Assembly: GCA_964016885.1 (NCBI GenBank)
Contig: OZ024743.1
Span: 378,510,001 to 378,574,000 of the forward strand
Direction: 5' to 3'
DNA from: Eledone cirrhosa
Lineage: Eukaryota
DNA: 64,000 nt
Both the position numbers and the translations under genes were made by a program. The notes under the pieces were generated by a model. That model saw only the letters and a list, made by a program, of their open reading frames with translations, searched no databases and was not told the DNA's origin. Position 1 is the first letter of the stretch; each line of letters begins with the position of its first letter. This document shows, one piece after another, positions 12,401 to 26,400 of the stretch.

Positions 12401-15400
12401 GGGGTAGTGGTGGGGTGTAAAACTCTCTCTCTCTAGTGTAAGAGAAACTGGGGTAGTGGTGGGGTGTAAAACTCTCTCTCTCTAGTGTAAGAGAAACTGG
12501 GGTAGTGGTGGGGTGTAAAACTCTCTCTCTCTAGTGTAAGAGAAACTGGGGTAGTGGTGGGGTGTAAAACTCTCTCTCTCTAGTGTAAGAGAAACTGGGG
12601 TAGTGGTGGGGTGTAAAACTCTCTCTCTCTAGTGTAAGAGAAACTGGGGTAGTGGTGGGGTTTAAAACTCTCTCTCTCTCTAGTGTAAGAGAAACTGGGG
12701 TAGTGGTGGGGTGTAAAACTCTCTCTCTCTAGTGTAAGAGAAACTGGGGTAGTGGTGGGGTGTAAAACTCTCTCTCTCTAGTGTAAGAGAAACTGGGGTA
12801 GTGGTGGGGTGTAAAACTCTCTCTCTCTAGTGTAAGAGAAACTGGGGTAGTGGTGGGGTGTAAAACTCTCTCTCTCTCTAGTGTAAGAGAGCTGGGGTAG
12901 TGGTGGGGTGTAAAACTATCTCTCTCTCTCTAGTGTAGGAGAGACTGGGGTAGTGGTGGGGTGTAAAACTCTCTCTCTCTAGTGTAAGAGAAACTGGGGT
13001 AGTGGTGGGGTGTAAAACTCTCTCTCTCTAGTGTAAGAGAAACTGGGGTAGTGGTGGGGTGTAAAACTCTCTCTCTCTCTCTAGTGTAGGAGAAACTGGG
13101 GTAGTGGTGGGGTGTAAAACTCTCTCTCTCTCTAGTGTAGGAGAGAATGCGGTAGTGGTGGGGTGTAAAACTCTCTCTCTCTAGTGTAGGAGAAACTGGG
13201 GTAGTGGTGGGGTGTAAAACTCTCTGTCTCTCTCTAGTGTAGGAGAAACTGGGGTAGTGGTGGGGTGTAAAACTCTCTGTCTCTAGTGTAGGAGAAACTG
13301 GGGTAGTGGTGGGGTGTAAAACTCTCTGTCTCTAGTGTAGGAGAAACTGGGGTAGTGGTGGGGTGTAAAACTCTCTCTCTCTCTAGTGTAGGAGAGACTG
13401 GGGTAGTGGTGGGGTGTAAAACTCTCTCTCTCTCTCTAGTGTAGGAGAGACTGGGGTAGTGGTGGGGTGTAAAACTCTCTCTCTCTAGTGTAGGAGAAAC
13501 TGGGGTAGTGGTGGGGTGTAAAACTCTCTCTCTCTAGTGTAGGAGAAACTGGGGTAGTGGTGGGGTGTAAAACTCTCTCTCTCTAGTGTAGGAGAAACTG
13601 GGGTAGTGGTGGGGTGTAAAACTCTCTCTCTCTCTAGTGTAGGAGAGACTGGGGTAGTGGTGGGGTGTAAAACTCTCTGTCTCTAGTGTAGGAGAAACTG
13701 GGGTAGTGGTGGGGTGTAAAACTCTCTGTCTCTAGTGTAGGAGAAACCGGGGTAGTGGTGGGGTGTAAAACTCTCTCTCTCTAGTGTAAGAGAAACTGGG
13801 GTAGTGGTGGGGTGTAAAACTCTCTCTCTCTCTCTAGTGTAGGAGAGACTGGGGTAGTGGTGGGGTGTAAAACTCTCTCTCTCTAGTGTAGGAGAGACTG
13901 GGGTAGTGGTGGGGTGTAAAACTCTCTCTCTCTAGTGTAGGAGAAACTGGGGTAGTGGTGGGGTGTAAAACTCTCTCTCTCTCTCTAGTGTAGGAGAGAC
14001 TGGGGTAGTGGTGGGGTGTAAAACTCTCTCTCTCTAGTGTAGGAGAAACTGGGGTAGTGGTGGGGTGTAAAACTCTCTCTCTCTCTCTAGTGTAGGAGAA
14101 ACTGGGGTAGTGGTGGGGTCTAAAACTCTCTCTCTCTAGTGTAAGAGAAACTGGGGTAGTGGTGGGGTGTAAAACTCTCTCTCTCTCTCTAGTGTAGGAG
14201 AGACTGGGGTAGTGGTGGGGTGTAAAACTCTCTCTCTCTAGTGTAGGAGAGACTGGGGTAGTGGTGGGGTGTAAAACTCTCTCTCTCTAGTGTAGGAGAA
14301 ACTGGGGTAGTGGTGGGGTGTAAAACTCTCTCTCTCTAGTGTAGGAGAAACTGGGGTAGTGGTGGGGTGTAAAACTCTCTCTCTCTAGTGTAAGAGAAAC
14401 TGGGGTAGTGGTGGGGTGTAAAACTCTCTCTCTCTAGTGTAAGAGAAACTGGGGTAGTGGTGGGGTGTAAAACTCTCTCTCTCTAGTGTAAGAGAAACTG
14501 GGGTAGTGGTGGGGTGTAAAACTCTCTCTCTCTAGTGTAGGAGAAACTGGGGTAGTGGTGGGGTGTAAAACTCTCTCTCTCTCTCTAGTGTAGGAGAAAC
14601 TGGGGTAGTGGTGGGGTCTAAAACTCTCTCTCTCTAGTGTAAGAGAAACTGGGGTAGTGGTGGGGTGTAAAACTCTCTGTCTCTCTCTAGTGTAGGAGAA
14701 ACTGGGGTAGTGGTGGGGTGTAAAACTCTCTCTCTCTCTCTAGTGTAGGAGAAACTGGGGTAGTGGTGGGGTGTAAAACTCTCTCTCTCTCTCTAGTGTA
14801 GGAGAAACTGGGGTAGTGGTGGGGTGTAAAACTCTCTGTCTCTAGTGTAGGAGAAACTGGGGTAGTGGTGGGGTGTAAAACTCTCTGTCTCTCTCTAGTG
14901 TAGGAGAAACTGGGGTAGTGGTGGGGTGTAAAACTCTCTCTCTCTAGTGTAAGAGAAACTGGGGTAGTGGTGGGGTGTAAAACTCTCTCTCTCTAGTGTA
15001 AGAGAAACTGGGGTAGTGGTGGGGTGTGAAACTCTCTCTCTCTAGTGTAGGAGAAACTGGGGTAGTGGTGGGGTGTAAAACTCTCTCTCTCTAGTGTAAG
15101 AGAAACTGGGGTAGTGGTGGGGTGTAAAACTCTCTCTCTCTAGTGTAAGAGAAACTGGGGTAGTGGTGGGGTGTAAAACTCTCTGTCTCTCTCTAGTGTA
15201 GGAGAAACTGGGGTAGTGGTGGGGTGTAAAACTCTCTGTCTCTCTCTAGTGTAGGAGAAACTGGGGTAGTGGTGGGGTGTAAAACTCTCTCTCTCTAGTG
15301 TAAGAGAAACTGGAGTAGTGGTGGGGTGTAAAACTCTCTGTCTCTAGTGTAAGAGAAACTGGGGTAGTGGTGGGGTGTAAAACTCTCTCTCTCTAGTGTA

Positions 15401-18400
15401 AGAGAAACTGGGTAGTGGTGGGGTGTAAAACTCTCTGTCTCTAGTGTAAGAGAAACTGGGGTAGTGGTGGGGTGTAAAACTCTCTCTCTCTAGTGTAAGA
15501 GAAACTGGGGTAGTGGTGGGGTGTAAAACTCTCTCTCTCTAGTGTAGGAGAAACTGGGGTAGTGGTGGGGTGTAAAACTCTCTGTCTCTCTCTAGTGTAG
15601 GAGAAACTGGGGTAGTGGTGGGGTGTAAAACTCTCTCTCTCTAGTGTAAGAGAAACTGGGGTAGTGGTGGGGTGTAAAACTCTCTGTCTCTAGTGTAAGA
15701 GAAACTGGGGTAGTGGTGGGGTGTAAAACTCTCTCTCTCTAGTGTAGGAGAAACTGGGGTAGTGGTGGGGTGTAAAACTCTCTGTCTCTCTCTAGTGTAG
15801 GAGAAACTGGGGTAGTGGTGGGGTGTAAAACTCTCTCTCTCTAGTGTAAGAGAAACTGGGGTAGTGGTGGGGTGTAAAACTCTCTCTCTCTAGTGTAGGA
15901 GAAACTGGGGTAGTGGTGGGGTGTAAAACTCTCTGTCTCTCTCTAGTGTAGGAGAAACTGGGGTAGTGGTGGGGTGTAAAACTCTCTGTCTCTCTCTAGT
16001 GTAGGAGAAACTGGGGTAGTGGTGGGGTGTAAAACTCTCTCTCTCTAGTGTAAGAGAAACTGGGGTTGTGGTGGGGTGTAAAACTCTCTGTCTCTCTCTA
16101 GTGTAGGAGAAACTGGGGTAGTGGTGGGGTGTAAAACTCTCTGTCTCTCTCTAGTGTAGGAGAAACTGGGGTAGTGGTGGGGTGTAAAACTCTCTCTCTC
16201 TAGTGTAAGAGAAACTGGGGTAGTGGTGGGGTGTAAAACTCTCTGTCTCTCTCTAGTGTAGGAGAAACTGGGGTAGTGGTGGGGTGTAAAACTCTCTCTA
16301 GTGTAAGAGAAACTGGGGTAGTGGTGGGGTGTAAAACTCTCTCTCTCTCTCTAGTGTAGGAGAAACTGGGGTAGTGGTGGGGTGTAAAACTCTCTGTCTC
16401 TCTCTAGTGTAGGAGAAACTGGGGTAGTGGTGGGGTGTAAAACTCTCTCTCTCTAGTGTAAGAGAAACTGGGGTAGTGGTGGGGTGTAAAACTCTCTGTC
16501 TCTCTCTAGTGTAGGAGAAACTGGGGTAGTGGTGGGGTGTAAATCTCTCTGTCTCTCTCTAGTGTAGGAGAAACTGGGGTAGTGGTGGGGTGTAAAACTC
16601 TCTGTCTCTCTCTAGTGTAGGAGAAACTGGGGTAGTGGTGGGGTGTAAAACTCTCTCTCTCTAGTGTAAGAGAAACTGGGGTAGTGGTGGGGTGTAAAAC
16701 TCTCTCTCTCTAGTGTAAGAGAAACTGGGGTAGTGGTGGGGTGTAAAACTTTCTGTCTCTCTCTAGTGTAGGAGAAACTGGGGTAGTGGTGGGGTGTAAA
16801 ACTCTCTGTCTCTCTCTAGTGTAGGAGAAACTGGGGTAGTGGTGGGGTGTAAAACTCTCTGTCTCTCTCTAGTGTAGGAGAAACTGGGGTAGTGGTGGGG
16901 TGTAAAACTCTCTCTCTCTAGTGTAAGAGAAACTGGGGTAGTGGTGGGGTGTAAAACTCTCTGTCTCTAGTGTAAGAGAAACTGGTGTAGTGGTGGGGTG
17001 TAAAACTCTCTCTCTCTAGTGTAAGAGAAACTGGGGTAGTGGTGGGGTGTAAAACTCTCTGTCTCTCTCTAGTGTAGGAGAAACTGGGGTAGTGGTGGGG
17101 TGTAAAACTCTCTGTCTCTCTCTAGTGTAGGAGAAACTGGGGTAGTGGTGGGGTGTAAAACTCTCTCTCTCTAGTGTAAGAGAAACTGGGGTAGTGGTGG
17201 GGTGTAAAACTCTCTCTCTCTAGTGTAAGAGAAACTGGGGTAGTGGTGGGGTGTAAAACTCTGTCTCTCTCTAGTGTAGGAGAAACTGGGGTAGTGGTGG
17301 GGTGTAAAACTCTCTCTGTCTAGTGTAAGAGAAACTGGGGTAGTGGTGGGGTGTAAAACTCTCTCTCTCTAGTGTAAGAGAAACTGGGGTAGTGGTGGGG
17401 TGTAAAACTCTCTCTCTCTAGTGTAAGAGAAACTGGGGTACTGGTGGGGTGTAAAACTCTCTGTCTCTCTCTAGTGTAGGAGAAACTGGGGTAGTGGTGG
17501 GGTGTAAAACTCTCTCTCTCTAGTGTAAGAGAAACTGGGGTAGTGGTGGGGTGTAAAACTCTCTCTCTCTCTAGTGTAAGAGAAACTGGGGTAGTGGTGG
17601 GGTGTAAAACTCTCTGTCTCTCTCTAGTGTAGGAGAAACTGGGGTAGTGGTGGGGTGTAAAACTCTCTCTCTCTAGTGTAAGAGAAACTGGGGTAGTGGT
17701 GGGGTGTAAAACTCTCTCTCTCTAGTGTAAGAGAAACTGGGGTAGTGGTGGGGTGTAAAACTCTCTGTCTCTCTCTAGTGTAGGAGAAACTGGGGTAGTG
17801 GTGGGGTGTAAAACTCTCTCTCTAGTGTAAGAGAAACTGGGGTAGTGGTGGGGTGTAAAACTCTCTCTCTCTAGTGTAAGAGAAACTGGGGTAGTGGTGG
17901 GGTGTAAAACTCTCTGTCTCTCTCTAGTGTAGGAGAAACTGGGGTAGTGGTGGGGTGTAAAACTCTCTCTCTCTAGTGTAAGAGAAACTGGGGTAGTGGT
18001 GGGGTGTAAAACACTCTGTCCCTCTCTAGTGTAGGAGAAACTGGGGTAGTGGTGGGGTGTAAAACTCTCTGTCTCTCTCTAGTGTAGGAGAAACTGGGGT
18101 AGTGGTGGGGTGTAAAACTCTCTCTGTCTAGTGTAAGAGAAACTGGGGTAGTGGTGGTGTGTAAAACTCTCTCTCTCTAGTGTAAGAGAAACTGGGGTAG
18201 TGGTGGGGTGTAAAACTCTCTCTCTCTCTAGTGTAGGAGAAACTGGGGTAGTGGTGGGGTGTAAAACTCTCTCTCTCTAGTGTAAGAGAAACTGGGGTAG
18301 TGGTGGGGTGTAAAACTCTCTCTCTCTCTCTAGTGTAGGAGAAACTGGGGTAGTGGTGGGGTGTAAAACTCTCTGTCTCTAGTGTAGGAGAAACTGGGGT

Positions 18401-21400
18401 AGTGGTGGGGTGTAAAACTCTCTCTCTCTAGTGTAGGAGAAACTGGGGTAGTGGTGGGGTGTAAAACTCTCTCTCTCTAGTGTAGGAGAAACTGGGGTAG
18501 TGGTGGGGTGTAAAACTCTCTCTCTCTAGTGTAAGAGAAACTGGGGTAGTGGTGGGGTGTAAAACTCTCTCTCTCTAGTGTAAGAGAAACTGGGGTAGTG
18601 GTGGGGTGTAAAACTCTCTCTCTCTAGTGTAAGAGAAACTGGGTTAGTGGTGGGGTGTAAAACTCTCTGTCTCTAGTGTAAGAGAAACTGGGGTAGTGGT
18701 GGGGTGTAAAACTCTCTGTCTCTAGTGTAAGAGAAACTGGGGTAGTGGTGGGGTGTAAAACTCTCTCTCTCTAGTGTAAGAGAAACTGTAGTAGTGGTGG
18801 GGTGTAAAACTCTCTGTCTCTCTCTAGTGTAGGAGAAACTGGGGTAGTGGTGGGGTGTAAAACTCTCTCTCTCTAGTGTAAGAGAAACTGGGGTAGTGGT
18901 GGGGTGTAAAACTCTCTGTCTCTAGTGTAAGAGAAACTGGGGTAGTGGTCGGGTGTAAAACTCTCTGTCTCTAGTGTAAGAGAAACTGGGGTAGTGGTCG
19001 GGTGTAAAACTCTCTCTCTCTAGTGTAAGAGAAACTGGGGTAGTGGTGGGGTGTAAAACTCTCTCTCTCTAGTGTAAGAGAAACTGGGGTAGTGGTGGGG
19101 TGTAAAACTCTCTGTCTCTAGTGTAAGAGAAACTGGGGTAGTGGTCGGGTGTAAAACTCTCTCTCTCTAGTGTAAGAGAAACTGGGGTAGTGGTGGGGTG
19201 TGAAACTCTCTCTCTCTAGTGTAGGAGAAACTGGGGTAGTGGTGGGGTGTAAAACTGTCTCTCTCTAGTGTAAGAGAAACTGGGGTAGTGGTGGGGTGTA
19301 AAACTCTCTCTCTCTAGTGTAAGAGAAACTGGGGTAGTGGTGGGGTGTAAAACTCTCTGTCTCTCTCTAGTGTAGGAGAAACTGGGGTAGTGGTGGGGTG
19401 TAAAACTCTCTCTCTCTAGTGTAGGAGAAACTGGGGTAGTGGTGGGGTGTAAAACTCTCTCTCTCTAGTGTAAGAGAAACTGGAGTAGTGGTGGGGTGTA
19501 AAACTCTCTGTCTCTAGTGTAAGAGAAACTGGGGTAGTGGTGGGGTGTAAAACTCTCTGTCTCTCTCTAGTGTAGGAGAAACTGGGGTAGTGGTGGGGTG
19601 TAAAACTCTCTGTCTCTCTCTAGTGTAGGAGAAACTGGGGTAGTGGTGGGGTGTAAAACTCTCTGTCTCTCTCTAGTGTAGGAGAAACTGGGGTAGTGGT
19701 GGGGTGTAAAACTCTCTGTCTCTCTCTAGTGTAGGAGAAACTGGGGTAGTGGTGGGGTGTAAAACTCTCTGTCTCTCTCTAGTGTAGGAGAAACTGGGGT
19801 AGTGGTGGGGTGTAAAACTCTCTGTCTCTCTCTAGTGTAAGAGAAACTGGGGTAGTGGTGGGGTGTAAAACTCTCTGTCTCTCTCTAGTGTAGGAGAAAC
19901 TGGGGTAGTGGTGGGGTGTAAAACTCTCTCTCTCTAGTGTAGGAGAAACTGGGGTAGTGGTGGGGTGTAAAACTCTCTCTCTCTAGTGTAAGAGAAACTG
20001 GAGTAGTGGTGGGGTGTAAAACTCTCTGTCTCTCTCTAGTGTAGGAGAAACTGGGGTAGTGGTGGGGTGTAAAACTCTCTCTCTCTAGTGTAAGAGAAAC
20101 TGGGGTAGTGGTGGGGTGTAAAACTCTCTCTCTCTAGTGTAAGAGAAACTGGGGTAGTGGTGGGGTGTAAAACTCTCTGTCTCTCTCTAGTGTAGGAGAA
20201 ACTGGGGTAGTGGTGGGGTGTAAAACTCTCTGTCTCTCTCTAGTGTAGGAGAAACTGGGGTAGTGGTGGGGTGTAAAACTCTCTGTCTCTCTCTAGTGTA
20301 GGAGAAACTGGGGTAGTGGTGGGGTGTAAAACTCTCTCTCTCTAGTGTAAGAGAAACTGGGGTTGTGGTGGGGTGTAAAACTCTCTGTCTCTCTCTAGTG
20401 TAGGAGAAACTGGGGTAGTGGTGGGGTGTAAAACTCTCTGTCTCTCTCTAGTGTAGGAGAAACTGGGGTAGTGGTGGGGTGTAAAACTCTCTCTCTCTCT
20501 AGTGTAAGAGAAACTGGGGTAGTGGTGGGGTGTAAAACTCTCTCTCTCTAGTGTAAGAGAAACTGGGGTAGTGGTGGGGTGTAAAACTCTCTGTCTCTCT
20601 CTAGTGTAGGAGAAACTGGGGTAGTGGTGGGGTGTAAAACTCTCTCTAGTGTAAGAGAAACTGGGGTAGTGGTGGGGTGTAAAACTCTCTCTCTCTCTCT
20701 AGTGTAGGAGAAACTGGGGTAGTGGTGGGGTGTAAAACTCTCTGTCTCTCTCTAGTGTAGGAGAAACTGGGGTAGTGGTGGGGTGTAAAACTCTCTCTCT
20801 CTAGTGTAAGAGAAACTGGGGTAGTGGTGGGGTGTAAAACTCTCTGTCTCTCTCTAGTGTAGGAGAAACTGGGGTAGTGGTGGGGTGTAAAACTCTCTGT
20901 CTCTCTCTAGTGTAGGAGAAACTGGGGTAGTGGTGGGGTGTAAAACTCTCTGTCTCTCTCTAGTGTAGGAGAAACTGGGGTAGTGGTGGGGTGTAAAACT
21001 CTCTCTCTCTAGTGTAAGAGAAACTGGGGTAGTGGTGGGGTGTAAAACTCTCTCTCTCTAGTGTAAGAGAAACTGGGGTAGTGGTGGGGTGTAAAACTTT
21101 CTGTCTCTCTCTAGTGTAGGAGAAACTGGGGTAGTGGTGGGGTGTAAAACTCTCTGTCTCTCTCTAGTGTAGGAGAAACTGGGGTAGTGGTGGGGTGTAA
21201 AACTCTCTGTCTCTCTCTAGTGTAGGAGAAACTGGGGTAGTGGTGGGGTGTAAAACTCTCTCTCTCTAGTGTAAGAGAAACTGGGGTAGTGGTGGGGTGT
21301 AAAACTCTCTGTCTCTAGTGTAAGAGAAACTGGTGTAGTGGTGGGGTGTAAAACTCTCTCTCTCTAGTGTAAGAGAAACTGGGGTAGTGGTGGGGTGTAA

Positions 21401-23499
21401 AACTCTCTCTCTCTAGTGTAAGAGAAACTGGGGTAGTGGTGGGGTGTAAAACTCTCTCTCTCTCTAGTGTAGGAGAAACTGGGGTAGTGGTGGGGTGTAA
21501 AACTCTCTCTCTCTAGTGTAAGAGAAACTGGGGTAGTGGTGGGGTGTAAAACTCTCTCTCTCTCTCTAGTGTAGGAGAAACTGGGGTAGTGGTGGGGTGT
21601 AAAACTCTCTGTCTCTAGTGTAGGAGAAACTGGGGTAGTGGTGGGGTGTAAAACTCTCTCTCTCTAGTGTAGGAGAAACTGGGGTAGTGGTGGGGTGTAA
21701 AACTCTCTCTCTCTAGTGTAAGAGAAACTGGGGTAGTGGTGGGGTGTAAAACTCTCTCTCTCTAGTGTAAGAGAAACTGGGGTAGTGGTGGGGTGTAAAA
21801 CTCTCTCTCTCTAGTGTAAGAGAAACTGGGTTAGTGGTGGGGTGTAAAACTCTCTGTCTCTAGTGTAAGAGAAACTGGGGTAGTGGTGGGGTGTAAAACT
21901 CTCTGTCTCTAGTGTAAGAGAAACTGGGGTAGTGGTGGGGTGTAAAACTCTCTCTCTCTAGTGTAAGAGAAACTGTAGTAGTGGTGGGGTGTAAAACTCT
22001 CTGTCTCTCTCTAGTGTAGGAGAAACTGGGGTAGTGGTGGGGTGTAAAACTCTCTCTCTCTAGTGTAAGAGAAACTGGGGTAGTGGTGGGGTGTAAAACT
22101 CTCTGTCTCTAGTGTAAGAGAAACTGGGGTAGTGGTGGGGTGTGAAACTCTCTCTCTCTAGTGTAGGAGAAACTGGGGTAGTGGTGGGGTGTAAAACTCT
22201 CTCTCTCTAGTGTAAGAGAAACTGGGGTAGTGGTGGGGTGTGAAACTCTCTCTCTCTAGTGTAGGAGAAACTGGGGTAGTGGTGGGGTGTGAAACTCTCT
22301 CTCTCTAGTGTAGGAGAAACTGGGGTAGTGGTGGGGTGTAAAACTCTCTCTCTCTAGTGTAAGAGAAACTGGGGTAGTGGTGGGGTGTGAAACTCTCTCT
22401 CTCTAGTGTAGGAGAAACTGGGGTAGTGGTGGGGTGTGAAACTCTCTCTCTCTAGTGTAAGAGAAACTGGGGTAGTGGTGGGGTGTAAAACTCTCTCTCT
22501 CTAGTGTAAGAGAAACTGGGGTAGTGGTCGGGTGTAAAACTCTCTGTCTCTAGTGTAAGAGAAACTGGGGTAGTGGTGGGGTGTGAAACTCTCTCTCTCT
22601 AGTGTAGGAGAAACTGGGGTAGTGGTGGGGTGTAAAACTCTCTCTCTCTAGTGTAAGAGAAACTGGGGTAGTGGTGGGGTGTAAAACTCTCTCTCTCTAG
22701 TGTAAGAGAAACTGGGGTAGTGGTGGGGTGTAAAACTCTCTGTCTCTCTCTAGTGTAGGAGAAACTGGGGTAGTGGTGGGGTGTAAAACTCTCTGTCTCT
22801 CTCTAGTGTAGGAGAAACTGGGGTAGTGGTGGGGTGTAAAACTCTCTCTCTCTAGTGTAAGAGAAACTGGAGTAGTGGTGGGGTGTAAAACTCTCTGTCT
22901 CTAGTGTAAGAGAAACTGGGGTAGTGGTGGGGTGTAAAACTCTCTCTCTCTAGTGTAAGAGAAACTGGGGTAGTGGTGGGGTGTAAAACTCTCTGTCTCT
23001 CTCTAGTGTAGGAGAAACTGGGGTAGTGGTGGGGTGTAAAACTCTCTGTCTCTCTCTAGTGTAGGAGAAACTGGGGTAGTGGTGGGGTGTAAAACTCTCT
23101 CTCTCTAGTGTAAGAGAAACTGGGGTAGTGGTGGGGTGTAAAACTCTCTGTCTCTCTCTAGTGTAGGAGAAACTGGGGTAGTGGTGGGGTGTAAAACTCT
23201 CTGTCTCTCTCTAGTGTAGGAGAAACTGGGGTAGTGGTGGGGTGTAAAACTCTCTCTCTCTAGTGTAAGAGAAACTGGGGTAGTGGTGGGGTGTAAAACT
23301 CTCTGTCTCTCTCTAGTGTAGGAGAAACTGGGGTAGTGGTGGGGTGTAAAACTCTCTCTCTCTAGTGTAAGAGAAACTGGGTAGTGGTGGGGTGTAAAAC
23401 TCTCTGTCTCTCTCTAGTGTAGGAGAAACTGGGGTAGTGGTGGGGTGTAAAACTCTCTCTCTCTAGTGTAAGAGAAACTGGGGTAGTGGTGGGGTGTAA

Positions 23500-26400
23500 A
23501 ACTCTCTGTCTCTCTCTAGTGTAGGAGAAACTGGGGTAGTGGTGGGGTGTAAAACTCTCTGTCTCTCTCTAGTGTAGGAGAAACTGGGGTAGTGGTGGGG
23601 TGTAAAACTCTCTCTCTCTAGTGTAAGAGAAACTGGGGTAGTGGTGGGGTGTAAAACTCTCTGTCTCTCTCTAGTGTAGGAGAAACTGGGGTAGTGGTGG
23701 GGTGTAAAACTCTCTCTAGTGTAAGAGAAACTGGGGTAGTGGTGGGGTGTAAAACTCTCTCTCTCTCTCTAGTGTAGGAGAAACTGGGGTAGTGGTGGGG
23801 TGTAAAACTCTCTGTCTCTCTCTAGTGTAGGAGAAACTGGGGTAGTGGTGGGGTGTAAAACTCTCTCTCTCTAGTGTAAGAGAAACTGGGGTAGTGGTGG
23901 GGTGTAAAACTCTCTGTCTCTCTCTAGTGTAGGAGAAACTGGGGTAGTGGTGGGGTGTAAAACTCTCTGTCTCTCTCTAGTGTAGGAGAAACTGGGGTAG
24001 TGGTGGGGTGTAAAACTCTCTGTCTCTCTCTAGTGTAGGAGAAACTGGGGTAGTGGTGGGGTGTAAAACTCTCTCTCTCTAGTGTAAGAGAAACTGGGGT
24101 AGTGGTGGGGTGTAAAACTCTCTCTCTCTAGTGTAAGAGAAACTGGGGTAGTGGTGGGGTGTAAAACTTCTGTCTCTCTCTAGTGTAGGAGAAACTGGGG
24201 TAGTGGTGGGGTGTAAAACTCTCTGTCTCTCTCTAGTGTAGGAGAAACTGGGGTAGTGGTGGGGTGTAAAACTCTCTGTCTGTCTCTAGTGTAGGAGAAA
24301 CTGGGGTAGTGGTGGGGTGTAAAACTCTCTCTCTCTAGTGTAAGAGAAACTGGGGTAGTGGTGGGGTGTAAAACTCTCTGTCTCTAGTGTAAGAGAAACT
24401 GGGGTAGTGGTGGGGTGTAAAACTCTCTCTCTCTAGTGTAAGAGAAACTGGGGTAGTGGTGGGGTGTAAAACTCTCTGTCTCTCTCTAGTGTAGGAGAAA
24501 CTGGGGTAGTGGTGGGGTGTAAAACTCTCTGTCTCTCTCTAGTGTAGGAGAAACTGGGGTAGTGGTGGGGTGTAAAACTCTCTCTCTCTAGTGTAAGAGA
24601 AACTGGGGTAGTGGTGGGGTGTAAAACTCTCTCTCTCTAGTGTAAGAGAAACTGGGGTAGTGGTGGGGTGTAAAACTCTGTCTCTCTCTAGTGTAGGAGA
24701 AACTGGGGTAGTGGTGGGGTGTAAAACTCTCTCTCTCTAGTGTAAGAGAAACTGGGGTAGTGGTGGGGTGTAAAACTCTCTCTCTCTAGTGTAAGAGAAA
24801 CTGGGGTAGTGGTGGGGTGTAAAACTCTCTCTCTCTAGTGTAAGAGAAACTGGGGTAGTGGTGGGGTGTAAAACTCTCTGTCTCTCTCTAGTGTAGGAGA
24901 AACTGGGGTAGTGGTGGGGTGTAAAACTCTCTCTCTCTAGTGTAAGAGAAACTGGGGTAGTGGTGGGGTGTAAAACTCTCTCTCTCTCTAGTGTAAGAGA
25001 AACTGGGGTAGTGGTGGGGTGTAAAACTCTCTGTCTCTCTCTAGTGTAGGAGAAACTGGGGTAGTGGTGGGGTGTAAAACTCTCTCTCTCTAGTGTAAGA
25101 GAAACTGGGGTAGTGGTGGGGTGTAAAACTCTCTCTCTCTAGTGTAAGAGAAACTGGGGTAGTGGTGGGGTGTAAAACTCTCTGTCTCTCTCTAGTGTAG
25201 GAGAAACTGGGGTAGTGGTGGGGTGTAAAACTCTCTCTCTAGTGTAAGAGAAACTGGGGTAGTGGTGGGGTGTAAAACTCTCTCTCTCTCTCTAGTGTAG
25301 GAGAAACTGGGGTAGTGGTGGGGTGTAAAACTCTCTGTCTCTCTCTAGTGTAGGAGAAACTGGGGTAGTGGTGGGGTGTAAAACTCTCTCTCTCTCTAGT
25401 GTAGGAGAAACTGGGGTAGTGGTGGGGTGTAAAACTCTCTCTCTCTCTCTAGTGTAGGAGAAACTGGGGTAGTGGTGGGGTGTAAAACTCTCTGTCTCTA
25501 GTGTAGGAGAAACTGGGGTAGTGGTGGGGTGTAAAACTCTCTCTCTCTAGTGTAGGAGAAACTGGGGTAGTGGTGGGGTGTAAAACTCTCTCTCTCTAGT
25601 GTAGGAGAAACTGGGGTAGTGGTGGGGTGTAAAACTCTCTCTCTCTAGTGTAAGAGAAACTGGGGTAGTGGTGGGGTGTAAAACTCTCTCTCTCTAGTGT
25701 AAGAGAAACTGGGGTAGTGGTGGGGTGTAAAACTCTCTCTCTCTAGTGTAAGAGAAACTGGGGTAGTGGTGGGGTGTAAAACTCTCTGTCTCTAGTGTAA
25801 GAGAAACTGGGGTAGTGGTGGGGTGTAAAACTCTCTGTCTCTAGTGTAAGAGAAACTGGGGTAGTGGTGGGGTGTAAAACTCTCTCTCTCTAGTGTAGGA
25901 GAAACTGGGGTAGTGGTGGGGTGTAAAACTCTCTCTCTCTAGTGTAAGAGAAACTGGGGTAGTGGTGGGGTGTAAAACTCTCTCTCTCTAGTGTAAGAGA
26001 AACTGGGGTAGTGGTGGGGTGTAAAACTCTCTCTCTCTAGTGTAAGAGAAACTGGGGTAGTGGTGGGGTGTAAAACTCTCTGTCTCTAGTGTAAGAGAAA
26101 CTGGGGTAGTGGTGGGGTGTAAAACTCTCTGTCTCTAGTGTAAGAGAAACTGGGGTAGTGGTGGGGTGTAAAACTCTCTGTCTCTCTAGTGTAAGAGAAA
26201 CTGGGGTAGTGGTGGGGTGTAAAACTCTCTGTCTCTCTCTAGTGTAGGAGAAACTGGGGTAGTGGTGGGGTGTAAAACTCTCTCTCTCTAGTGTAAGAGA
26301 AACTGGGGTAGTGGTGGGGTGTAAAACTCTCTGTCTCTAGTGTAAGAGAAACTGGGGTAGTGGTGGGGTGTAAAACTCTCTCTCTCTAGTGTAAGAGAAA

